From Octopus sinensis (Eukaryota), in assembly GCF_006345805.1 (NCBI RefSeq), contig NC_042997.1, forward strand, positions 11,098,001 to 11,162,000: a stretch of DNA of 64,000 nucleotides. Reading direction: 5' to 3'. The notes beneath the pieces are model-generated. The model had not been told where the DNA came from. It saw nothing but the letters and a program-made list of their open reading frames with translations, and did no database searches. The first letter of the stretch is position 1, and the number at the start of each line of letters is the position of its first letter. The translations under genes and the position numbers were made by a program. Shown here piece by piece: positions 53,292-64,000 of the stretch.

Positions 53292-56271
53292 AAATAACCG
53301 AAAAAAACCTTGATTTTCGCTTATAGAGATCTCCTTGCACCTCTTTTAAAATCATTTATATCAATTATTTTATTTGCTAAATATAAAGAGTACATATCAT
53401 TCAAAATAGAACAAAAATGAATATGGTAGTTTTTTTACTATTATAACTGTCTCATGGGTGTAATAGGTGATACGCTACAGCCTCAGCAGTATAGTCATAG
53501 CAATATATAGCAAATATAATCCGTGTAATGACATAAAGACTAGAAGTATAGTTGAAAATCTAGAGTTTTTCTACAAAGACAATAAACTTAAGCTATCTAG
53601 GGAACTTTGTAGTCATTCAGAAAACAATGAGAGTTTTTCAGCCTGATCAATTTTCATTATCATTTTTTATGTTCTTAGTTGATGCCATCATGTTGGTTTA
53701 TTTGAGGACTGATCCACCACTCAGATGCTGGTGTTGATGGCATTCTTCAGCAGAGCATTGACAGTACCTTGCACCTGCTTTCTTCTTTCTCAAAGCAACT
53801 TAAACTGGTTGAAATGAAACCGTGCTTTTAATCAAGAATTGCTAATGGCATACCCCCGTATGAAACATTTCCAGTACATGCTAGAGGGCTTGTGTTTTCT
53901 GCCTACACTAATTACAAACTTCTCACATATGCTTCACATTCCAAATCTAACCATCACTTACTGAGGGAAATACATTACATCACCTTGATGTATTCCTACA
54001 CCTCTGAGGGCATGAAGCCTTTTCTGCTGTTAATATCCAGGACAAAAATATGCACGCTGGGCAAAATGCTTAGCGGTATTTCATCTGTCTACGTTCTGAG
54101 TTCAAATTCCACGGAGGTCAACTTTGTCTTTCATCTTTTCGGGGTCGATAAATTAAGTACCAGTTACATACTAGAATCAATGTAATCAACTGGTCCCCTC
54201 CCCAAAAATTTCGAGCCTTGTGCCTAGAGTAGAAAAGAATGTAGAAAAGAATATCCAGGACAATATATGTTAGTGTTCTGCTGAGGACTTTGCACAAAAA
54301 GGTGTCCATTGTTGAATATCAGGTGAAAAATTAGCGGTAATATTCTGAAAACACAAAGCAACCGATGGCAAACTTGACGTGTAGTTACACAGGTGATGAA
54401 TCGTTCAACCATACCATTGACTGCAGGATAGTAAGCAGTTGTGGAGGATCATTTACAACAGTAGAGGTATGTCAATTCTGAGAAAAGGTTGAATGAAACT
54501 GATGTAATTTGTTGTAATTGTAGTTGGTGTGTGAAAACATGTAATTCAATGAGGAAGTAGAGCTTTAGCTATTATTTCTGCTGTGGTACATCATAAATGG
54601 CTTCAGGCTTTTGAGGAAACCAATTCACACAAATTGCCTAAGGAAGGCTTACTCTAAATCAACCCTACCACCTGTTCCAACTACATCAGCACATTCTTAC
54701 ACTGATGTTTTCACATCTGCTCCACTGACTAGCTTAAGATCAGATCAGTGAGTGCACTGGCTGCTTACTATGTGCAGTACAGTAGATTTTAAAAAGTGTG
54801 TTACTTTCAAGATAATATTTGCATACTGATGTGTGATATCAACTTTTTTTCTGCTCTCACACACATACATCTGAACATGTATACATTGCATACTCACCAA
54901 CATTGATAAATTCACATTCATTTAACATAAATTCAGGCACCTAGCATGGTTGGCTGCACACAACTTACCAACATAAGTCATCATCATCATCGTTTAACGT
55001 CCGTTCTCCATGCTAGCATGGGTTGGAAGTATATATATTTATTTCTTTATTGCCCACAAGGGGCTAAACAAGGACAGACAAGGGGATTAAGTCGATTACA
55101 TCGACCCCAGTGATTAACTGGTACTTATTCAATCGACCCCGAAAGGATGAAAGGCCAAGTCGACCACAGGGGAATTTGAACTCAGAACGTAACAGTAGAC
55201 GAAATACCGCTAAGCATTTCACCCGGCATGCTCATGTTTCTGCCAGCTCACTGCCAATATATTCTCAAGTCTATCATATTTTCCTTCCTTATATGTTTAA
55301 GTACCCTATTATTCAACCATGTGTTTGATTTCTCTTGCATATTTTTCACACACCTGGCTATGCAGGTTTTCACACCTCAAGCTTTTACAGTATTTCACAT
55401 GTAAAACAGTACTGCAATGTGCATGGAAAGCATCTGTTAATACTCCAACTTTTTTTGTGAGATCACCTGCTTGCCATCTATGCAATCTAACCAACACTCC
55501 TATTCCTGTATTCACCAATTCTAATGCACATACCCGAACACACTTTATATCTACACTTACTGCACTTTTCTCATTTCATTTAATTTACTGCTTCCAGTCA
55601 TTCCACTCGACAGCAGAGTTCTGTTGCAGTAATACTGGCTGAGTCCCAGACACCAAGTCACTGCTTAAGAATCAACTCCAAATTATTGTGTTCAGATGTA
55701 AAAAGAACAAAACAATAGACAAGATGACTGAAGTCAGACTAACTCATTTGCATCTTTGATAAACAGATTAAGAACTTGTTTTTATCAATGGCTAGTTTGA
55801 CCAGTGAAAAAAAAAACAGAATCTACAGATTCTATTAGATTTCCAGTATATTTTGGATAAACAATACATAGAAATCTCATTAATGATTTTGCCTTTGGTG
55901 ACTTTTCTTTGACAGATATTGGCTATATATAGACGGTGCACCTAGTAGCTAGTCAATTATCATGACACGGCTCAAGCCAACTTGCTGCAAGAATTTATGC
56001 CACTCATAGCTACTGTCATTATTGACACACACATCTGTCATCAACATGCACAATCTGATTCATTTGGCTTATTGTTTTTCTGTTGGTCACTGAAATGACA
56101 TTTTTGATAATGATAAATAAATATTTTGTATTTGGAATATCACAAAGGCTTTTGTTGTTCTATCAACCAACCAAAATATACCCTTGTTAGAAAGTAAATT
56201 TGGTTTTAAAAAGAAATTACTACAGTTGTCACAAAGGTAAAGAAAGACACAAATATAAATCAAATATAAAT

Positions 56272-56277
56272 TTTATT
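56272..56277 (-). promoter_or_regulatory. Candidate AATAAA polyadenylation signal of ARL6IP4
   Basis: tttatt on the + strand 40 nt past the TGA. Confidence 0.55.
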
Positions 56278-56316
56278 CAATAGAATAAATATAATATGCA
56301 AATAATGTCAATGTCC

Positions 56317-56373
56317 TCATTTTTGTAAACCCATTTTGGACTGGTAATACAAGCCATCACCAACTGTTGCTTG
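56317..56373 (-). CDS. ARL6IP4: ARL6IP4 last coding exon
   Basis: Acceptor ctttaccatttacag|. Encodes QATVGDGLYYQSKMGLQK*, compared with the QATRGD...FQ C-terminus of ARL6IP4. Confidence 0.88.
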   Translation of the reverse strand, partial: QATVGDGLYYQSKMGLQK

Positions 56374-57268
56374 CTGTAAATGGTAAAGAAAAGTTTAAGT
56401 TATAATTGATTTCAAACAAAATCAAGAATCACATATTTTTGTTAATTATTGGTTACAATATGAATGAATGCTTAGATCAATAAAATAAGTATCAGTCATG
56501 TACTGAAGCCAATATAATCACCTGCTCCTTCCCCAAAATGTGTTTGTGCCTGCATAAGATATCAAAGGTCAAGTTTGCCTTTCATCCTTACAGATTAAAT
56601 AAAATAAATTACCAGTAAAATACTGGAGTTGATTTAATTGACTGTCCTTCCTAGAAATCTTTAACCTTATACTTATTATAAAAAATGATTATAATTATTT
56701 TTGTTTGCCATAAGCAAACCTGTCTAATGGACTTCCAGATGAAATTGCAATATTACTCCATATAACTGGTAAAGAGGAGAATGATAGACTTTTGACTTGC
56801 CTTAAATAAATTAGAATCAATATGTGAAACAAGATCTACATTGGCCAGAGCAGATCCTTTTGAACCATATGGATATTATTTAAAACTAAGGACAAGAGGA
56901 AAAGGCAAACAGCTCATTTTGCTGTTGCATTATACACCAGTTTAGAAGCTGATGTCAATAGTGCTAACCCAATAAATTTGCAATGATGGAGAGGAATGTT
57001 TTAAATCTAATTGGCTGACTTTTCAGTAAGTTGTGACCTACTCAAGCATCAAATTAAATTTAGCTTCAAATTATGAATAATATTTCGGAGTTCTTTTATT
57101 TTTTCTAAATATGAAGTGGCTGTGTGGTAAGAAGTTTGCTTCCCAACCTCATGGTTCCAGGTTCAGTCCCCCTGCATGGCACTTTGGGCAAGTGTCTTCT
57201 ACTATAGCCCCAGGCCAACCAAAGCCTTGTGAATGAATTTGGTAGACAAAAACTGAAAGAAGCCCATC

Positions 57269-57316
<48 letters not shown>

Positions 57317-58474
57317 GTAAGTAGAGTTAGCGGTCGGAATAGCCATCTAAGGGATAAGAATATCCATTATTACTACTGGTATAAATTACCTGGGCAAGGA
57401 TATGCAAGCATACTATGCTCATAGAATACAAGTAATAACAAAATAAACAAGAGTTTATCAGCAATCAAATTTAAAATAAGCAGAAAATGGAGAAAACTTT
57501 TGATCAACAAACAAACTGACTACCGTCGGTAAATTATTTTTTAATACAAAACTTTAACATTGTTCACAGCTGTTTCTACTACCAATGTCAGTCGGTGCCT
57601 CCAAAGAAAATTAAGAGAATAATATTCATCATCTTTATAGCACGTCCAATTTAGTACACGGATCTTCATCAGAATGAATACAACTACATAAACTAAAATA
57701 AGGGAAGAGGAAAGAACAGGGCCTTGATATGAGGAAAGAAGGCTTAATAAATTAGAATCATACCATTTTGCAGTGTAAAGCTTGAAATTGATGAGCAAAT
57801 GAATAAACTAACAAATAAACTAGAAAAATAACTGGTGGGTTAATCTTTCATTAGGGGTACCAGGGTGTATAAATATTAAGAAAATAAAACTAGTACTTAA
57901 GTATAACAGGATTTGCCAATAAACCTAGAAAAAGAATAGTACTTATGATTTCATAAATAGAGCTAATTAATGTTTATCCAAAAACAAACCTGTAAAGTTG
58001 TTACAATAGTGTACTAACTGATATATTCTAAAGACCAACCACCTGTTGTCCATAATGGAATTGACCAAAGTCCAGCCATCTTTATAATTGGTCAGTTAAA
58101 TTTAAAACCAAGGGCAAGCTAAGTAAAAAAAAGGGGGGGGGAGTAGTCTATGTCATAAGTGGTGCAAGGCCACTTGTATCATTATACACCATCCCAACAT
58201 AAATACAAGCAACAGCATGACAGTAAATAACTAACAATACATAGACTACTCCCCCTCACTTTATATTTACTGTTTTATTTACTTCTTTATTTACACCTAC
58301 CCCTTAACAGTTATTTTCTGCTTATTTTATATATATGTGTGTATGTGTGTTTTTGTATCTGTGTTTGTTCCCCCACCATTGCTTGACAACTGATGTTTGG
58401 TGTGTTTACATCTCTGAAACTTAGCAGTCTGTCAAAAGAACCAATTGAATAAGTACTAGGCTTACAAAGAATAA

Positions 58475-58969
58475 TCATTTACATTTGGTGGATATTTGTC
58501 CTCATCTTGTTTGTTGTTAACATGTTTCAGCTGATATACCCTCCAGCCTTCATCAGGTGCCTTGGGGAAATTTCAAACCTGGGTTCTCATTTCCAAGGTA
58601 TTTTCCGATGTTGTTATTATTATTCAGGTCACTGCCTGGAATCGAACTCAGAATCTTGGGGTTAGTAGTCTGCGCTCTTAACCACTATGCCACATGCCCA
58701 CTGGCATGCTAACCCCAAGATTCTGAGTTCTATTCCAGGCAGTGACCTGAATAATAATAATAATAATAATAATAACAACAACAATAAAAATAACATTGAA
58801 AAATACCTTAGGAATGAGAACCTAGGTTCGAAATTTCCCCAAGACATCTGATGAAGGCTGGAGGGTATATCAGCCGAAACGTTGTGTTAACAACAAATAA
58901 GATGAGGACAAATATCCGTCAAATTTAAAGAGTGTACATAATTCCTCATCTCTTAAATATAGAAATGCA
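58475..58969. mobile_element. Head-to-head inverted pair of a tRNA-headed short retroelement with a hammerhead-like 3' region, inserted as one unit
   Basis: 13-bp TSD TTACAAAGAATAA at 58462..58474 and 58970..58982, interrupting a SINE that carries this sequence once in other copies (e.g. near 11510..11525). The minus copy 58699..58475 has A-box TGGCATAGTGG (58682..58692) and B-box GAGTTCGATTCC (58638..58649). The plus copy, about 58709..58969, is 5'-truncated. Confidence 0.85.
58843..58888 (+). ncRNA. Minimal type-I hammerhead ribozyme (predicted)
   Basis: GACAU-CUGAUGA-A-GGCUG(GAGGGUAUAU)CAGCC-GAA-AC-GU-U/GUGUU. Core boxes are present, stem II is 5 bp, stem I is 5 bp (two G.U pairs), and stem III is a loop-less ACGU palindrome. 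Predicted cut after 58883. Confidence 0.7.
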
Positions 58970-59378
58970 TTACAAAGAATAAGTCCTGGGGTCAATTTCT
59001 TCGACTAAAGGCGGTGCTCCAGCAACTGGGAAGCAAAGTTGTTGATGTTTTAGCTTCAATCATTCCTGTTCAAGCAGATCTATGATCAGAGGCATTCTGT
59101 CCTTGACCATCCAATCTTTTTGCATATTCAGATAATAAGGATTTCATGCATACGTCACAAATTTCCAGGAGGAGGATATTGTCAATTTTATTAACCCAAT
59201 ACATGAATGAAAGGTAAGATCAAGAACAACAGGAGTTGCACAAAGAACATAGGAAAATACTATAAGGCATATAATATGACTATAATATGAGCTCTCCTGT
59301 GTGACCCCTTTGTCCGGCATTCACCATAATAGATCACTAGCCACTACACATTCTTTATTTTCACTCCTTTTTGTGTTC

Positions 59379-59414
59379 CTTTCTGTGGAAGAGCGTAGGC
59401 TCGAAATGTTAAAG
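59379..59414 (+). ncRNA. Degenerate hammerhead-like motif of a different repeat family
   Basis: CUUU-CUGUGGA-A-GAGC(GUAG)GCUC-GAA-AU-GU-U-AAAG. The topology is preserved, but the core has A6>U and stem III has C>U. Confidence 0.35.
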
Positions 59415-59761
59415 ACGTTTTCACTTCCCAAGCGTTAAACTAATACAGCTGTTTGTTGTCTACACCACCTGTCTTCATCTTTTGTTTTGTTTTTTTTTGT
59501 GAATTCTCTCCATATAATATGACTACTATTTCTGACACTCCATTATAAAGGAGTTTCAATTTCTTGAAGTAGCAGTAAGATATACTGCTGGCTGTTCATC
59601 AGTTAAATACATGTTTTACAAAGGTAAAAATATTACTGAAGATGATGTTCATATTCTTTTATTCTATTCATTTACTTGTTTCAGTCATTTGACCATGACC
59701 ATGCTGGAGCACCGCCTTCGTGCTGATATTCTAATTTCAAGTGGTATGCAAAAAAGCTTAC

Positions 59762-59831
59762 CTTATTTATTTGTTGATGTCTTTCTTTACTAACAATTTC
59801 TTCAAGGATTTCTCCATCTCCCTTTACAAGC
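59762..59831 (-). CDS. ARL6IP4: ARL6IP4 exon (SR-25 domain)
   Basis: Acceptor aaatag| and donor AAG|GTAAGC. Encodes (R)LVKGDGEILEEIVSKERHQQINK, matching [23 protein letters not shown]. Phases are consistent with both neighbouring exons. Confidence 0.92.
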
Positions 59832-60077
59832 CTATTTTAAAGAGAAAAATTTGTTAAATCATTGTGTGGACTTGATTACTATTATATCTATTATACTATG
59901 CATTTAAAAATCTAAGTTTTGTGATTGAAATAATTTTTTTATCAAATCTAATCTCAGTTGAGATGTTACCTTCATTTATTTCAATTTATAATTCTGTAAC
60001 TTCTATTACATTTTGAATATTAGTCTCATATATGAGGAAACTAACTAACATATATATATGTATATGTATATATATAT

Positions 60078-60363
60078 GGAGGCGCAATGGCCCAGTGGTT
60101 ACGGCAGCGGACTCGCGGTTGTAGGATCGCGGTTTCGATTCCCAGACCAGGCGTTGTGAGTGTTTATTGAGCAAAAACACCTAAAAGCTCCACGACGCTC
60201 CGGCAGGGGGTGGTGATCCCTGCTGTACTCTTTCACCACTCTTTCTCTCATTCTTCTGTTGGCCTGCTCGCTTAGCCAGCGGAGTGGCGTCATTCGAAGG
60301 CTAAAACAATGCGAAGCGCATTGTGACCAGCGATGTGTAACAACATCTGATGGTCTGGTCGGT

Positions 60364-60370
<7 letters not shown>
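60078..60370 (+). mobile_element. tRNA-derived SINE family C, tail type 1
   Basis: A-box TGGCCCAGTGG and B-box GGTTTCGATTCCC. Inserted in a (TA)n tract. Confidence 0.85.
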
Positions 60371-60401
<31 letters not shown>

Positions 60402-60852
60402 TAGATAAATTAAATAGAGAGATTCAATTGACAAATTAACAATCTATTTATATTATAATATAACAATGGTGCTTTTCACATGTCACCGGCACCGGAGCCA
60501 CTCCATGGCCCTGGCAATGATCATGCTCGGATGTGCTTTTATCGTTCCACAGGCATGAGTGACAATCAGGCGGTACTGCCATCGGCCACATCAGCGATTT
60601 TGATTTGTTTACTTTTCATTAATTTATAATTACACAAAGAAAAAATTGTATAAATTATATAAATGATAATATAGGATTATATTAATATGATGCCAATATA
60701 TAAAAACTCTTCTCTTATGAAGAGAAACTGGTGACTTATCTCTGCATTATAAATTTAATTTCAACTAAACCCCAACAAGTACTTGTTGTGTACAATACTT
60801 GCAACTAAAATGGCATAAAAGAGATCCTTAAAGTTTTATTTTACATAACTAC

Positions 60853-60970
60853 CTATTCCGTCCAGTTGTAGGATCATAGACACGTCGGATCACACTTTGC
60901 TGTTTTTCCCATTCTTCTTTTGTCATAGGTTTCAGTATACGTGGGCTAGGGCCTGGTGCTGATAAAGTAT
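60853..60970 (-). CDS. ARL6IP4: ARL6IP4 exon (SR-25 domain start)
   Basis: Acceptor tttcag| and donor AG|GTAGTT. Encodes [40 protein letters not shown], matching the conserved PMTKEEW..RQSVIRKVVDPETGRTR motif of ARL6IP4. Confidence 0.92.
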
Positions 60971-61132
60971 CTGAAATGTAAAAATAAGGAGAAATTTATG
61001 ACAAAGTACAATAGTTAAGTTGATTGAATCGCATTAATTGTATAACTGACAGTTATTCATAGACCTACAAAAGGAAAAAATACAATGTTGGCCTTGACAA
61101 TAAAGTTGAGTAGATCTGAGTGATAATAATAA

Positions 61133-61430
61133 TCATCATCATCATCGTTTTACGTCCGCTTTCCATGCTGGCATGGGTTGGACGGTTTGACTGAAGACTG
61201 GCGAGCCAGATGGCTACACCAGGCTCCAATCTGATCTGGCAGAGTTTCTAAAGCTGGATGCCCTTCTTAACACCAACCACTCTGAGAGTGTAGTGGGTAC
61301 TTTTACGTGCCACCAGCATGAGGGCCAGTCAGGCAGTACTGGGAACAGCTACGCTCAAATGGTGTTTTTTACGTGCCACCTGCACAGGAGCCAGTCCAGT
61401 GGCACTGGCAATGACCTCACTTGACAAAAC
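61133..61430 (-). mobile_element. RTE 3'-UTR-only copy (similar copies at 63455..63720, 54980..55028, 60465..60600)
   Basis: catcatcatcgttt(t/a)acgtccgctttccatgct tail and body shared with 49003..49230. Confidence 0.8.
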
Positions 61431-61807
61431 TAACAAATATATAATCGCAAAACAATTTTAAAGCAAGTTTGCAAACTCAGTTTGACATCAACTTAATTTC
61501 ATATGTTGATAATAAATATAATATTAAATCATTCCAATAGTTTAAGATAGAACGTTAAGAATATATTTAAAAGCTATGCTCTTACATTCATTGAAATAAC
61601 TCAGACATTTTTTCCAATATTTGTTACCAGTGTATACAATAAAAGGAAAATAGAGAGGGTTGTTATGGGATAGCTAACCCCAATTTACACAAGGAAATAG
61701 CTTTAAAAGCTTTGTTGTGTTGTAAAGTTTTACATCATTTTTTTCTAAGATTTACCTGTACTGCATTTCAATGTAACTTCTTACTTGTGCTAAGATTTAT
61801 ATTAATA

Positions 61808-62186
61808 TCTTTATATATAAAAGTGAAGTTGTGTGTCTGTCTCCTACGATTTAGATTCCTAACTACTCCCACATTTTGCGGTGCAGTTTAACCAAAACCG
61901 GGTATCTTATAGTCGTGATTCATATCGAGCCCTTCTGGGTATTAGCGCGCGTCTACAATGAGTCTACGATTTTAAAAAAATTTTCCATCATTTTTAATGC
62001 ATTTTTTCGCTATTATATAAGTGAAGTAACTCTCTAAAAATGTCTACGATGAGTCAACGATTTAAAAAAAAAAATTACCATCATTTGCTTTCCATTTTTA
62101 ATGCATTATTTTGGCTATAACTCTCTAAAAATGCTTATATAGTTATTTCCCTTACAAACCCGAGCAACGCCGGGCGATACTGCTAG
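61808..62186 (+). mobile_element. Non-autonomous Helitron in an ARL6IP4 intron
   Basis: A|TCTTTATATATAAAAG start, CCCGAGCAACGCCGGG hairpin, CTAG|T end, plus an internal imperfect direct repeat. Confidence 0.85.
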
Positions 62187-62585
62187 TTCCATTATAAACT
62201 GAGAACAGTTTCACTTGAATTATTTTGAGTGAAAGTTTAATGCAAAATTTTACCGCTTCAAGTCTAATGCCCTTTATTTACTTATAGCCTCTTGATAGTA
62301 CTCATCTAAATAATATCCTTTACCAATGCAACTAAGCTCAAACTGGAGTTAGTCGAAATGGTTATAGCATTTCAATATAAGATGTATCAGTACTTAACAA
62401 GGATATAGTAAGGTTAAAAAATATCACAAAGTGATTTATAGAGATGAGAAAATGGAAAGTTGAGACGTTCATGCCTTTCTTCGGTATCATAAAAATGACT
62501 AAAATAGTTTCAAGTGAGAATTGAAATGGTATACCATTTGGTTTACCAAGAACTGGCTGTTCCATTGTGGTATATTTCAAAATAT

Positions 62586-62977
62586 GTGGAGGCGCAATGG
62601 CCCAGTGGTTAGGGCAGCGGATTCGCGGTCGTTAGGATCGCGGTTTCGATTCCCAGACCGGGCGTTGTGAGCGTTTATTGAGCGAAAACACCTAAAAGCA
62701 CCACGAGGCTCCAGCAGGGATGGTGGTGATCCCTGCTGTACTCTTTCACCACAACTTTCTCTCACTCTTACTTCCTGTTTCTGTTGTACCTGTATTTCAA
62801 AGGGCCGGCCTTGTCACTCTCTGTGTCACGCTGAATATCCCCGAGAACTACGTTAAGGGTACACGTGTCTGTGGAGTGCTCAGCCACTTACACGTTAATT
62901 TCACGAGCAGGCTGTTCCGTTGATCAGATCAACCAGAACCCTCGTCGTCGTAACTGACGGAGTGCTTCCTCCCTTAA
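62586..62977 (+). mobile_element. tRNA-derived SINE family C, tail type 2
   Basis: Same head of about 175 nt as 60078. 12-bp TSD ATTTCAAAATAT at 62574..62585 and 62978..62989. Confidence 0.9.
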
Positions 62978-63084
62978 ATTTCAAAATATACTAAATGGTT
63001 ATGAAGACAAGCTAATATACACTTTAATCTGATAAATCAGACGAAATCATTAAGAAATACAAATATCAGATACAAATAGCTCAC

Positions 63085-63302
63085 CTTCATTTGTCATGGA
63101 TTCTTTAACTTTGGAAGCAGGTTGCAGCGATGTAACTTTCTCAGTTGTTTTCAGAGGGCTGTGTACATCTTCTTTGCCAGTTGACACTTTCTCATCAGCT
63201 GAAGACTTGTCCAATTTTTTATGCTTCTTTTTCTTTTTTTTCTTTTTCTTTTCTTTCTTATGTTTTTTATGCTTCTTTTTCTGTTCCGAAGAATCATGGT
63301 GG
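63085..63302 (-). CDS. ARL6IP4: ARL6IP4 / SR-25 internal exon, Lys-rich region (upstream exons lie beyond the window)
   Basis: Acceptor gctttttag|C and donor GAAG|GTGAGC. Encodes HHDSSEQKKKHKKHKKEKKKKKKKKKHKK...SMTNE and splices in phase 1 to the next exon. Confidence 0.8.
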
Positions 63303-64000
63303 CTAAAAAGCAAATGCGCAGAATTAAAATATTGAAAGTTCATTAAAATATCAATTTAACCCTTTTCACACTTATTTCATTCCTTTTATGATTTTTCTCT
63401 TTTGTTTGTTTGTTTGTTTTTTCTACATTTTTATACATACATTGCCATGGAGCCATGCATCATCATCATCATCGTCATTTAGTGTCTGCTTTCCATGCTG
63501 GCATGGGTTGGACGGTGCAACTGGGGTCTGGGAAGCCAGAAGGCTGCATCAGGCCCAGTCTGATCTGGCAATGTTTCTACGGCTGGATGCCCTTCCTAAT
63601 GCCAACCACTCCATGAGTGTAGTGGGTGCTTTTTACGTGCCACCGGCACGGAGGCCAGGCGAGGCTGGCAAACGGCCACGATCGGATGGTGCTTTTTATG
63701 TGCCACTGGCACGGAGGTGAAAAAAACAAGAATGGTTACTACTGTTGTATAACAGACTAATTGAGATATATGAACAAATGTTGTATTTCCTTATGAATAT
63801 ATTTTTAGCACTAAATACATTATAATTTTGTTATTCAAAGATAGTTCTGGCAAAATTTGGAATTTGTTACTACAAAAAGAATTGTTGTCATTGCATGGGT
63901 GAAATGGAATTCATTGAGGCAGGTTTTAGAAAACCAATATTCAATAAGGTAGATTATGTACATTCTGCAGAACTGATGTCTACTTTTAATTTAATCAATG

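Noticed and set aside
58620-58699. tRNA-like sequences (also at 60078 and 62586, and SINE A/B heads)
   Set aside because: They have A and B boxes but no complete cloverleaf or acceptor stem, and continue into repeat bodies with TSDs. They are SINE heads, not tRNA genes.
59560-59660. Plus-strand reading EVAVRYTAGCSSVKYMFYKGKNITEDDVH
   Set aside because: Short, intronic and antisense to ARL6IP4, and it runs into a SINE tail. No supporting splice sites.

Overview
AT-rich, microsatellite-dense animal genomic DNA. The SINE, RTE-LINE and Helitron repertoire suggests an octopus (coleoid cephalopod); this is inferred, not database-checked. About 1-42 kb has no recognisable host exons and is filled with tRNA-derived SINEs, relics of hAT (Buster), Tigger, mariner, RTE/BovB-like, CR1-like and L1/Tx1-like elements, non-autonomous Helitrons, a 27-bp minisatellite and many microsatellites. 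Two host genes lie on the minus strand. RPAP1 is complete, with coding exons 52587..52289 and 46914..43095 (about 1372 aa; the second coding exon is 3820 nt). Only the 3' part of ARL6IP4/SR-25 is present (exons 63302..63085, 60970..60853, 59831..59762, 56373..56317). The most striking non-gene signal is a 495-bp insertion in the last ARL6IP4 intron (58475..58969, 13-bp TSD). It is a head-to-head inverted pair of a tRNA-headed short element whose 3' part folds as a minimal type-I hammerhead ribozyme of the Penelope-associated kind. Other notable structures are a pre-miRNA-like hairpin (about 3739..3811), a fold-back with perfect 91-bp arms in the RPAP1 intron (48601..48854), a PHD finger embedded in an RTE reverse transcriptase, and a minisatellite with an IRF/Blimp-1-like GAAANNGAAA motif in most units.
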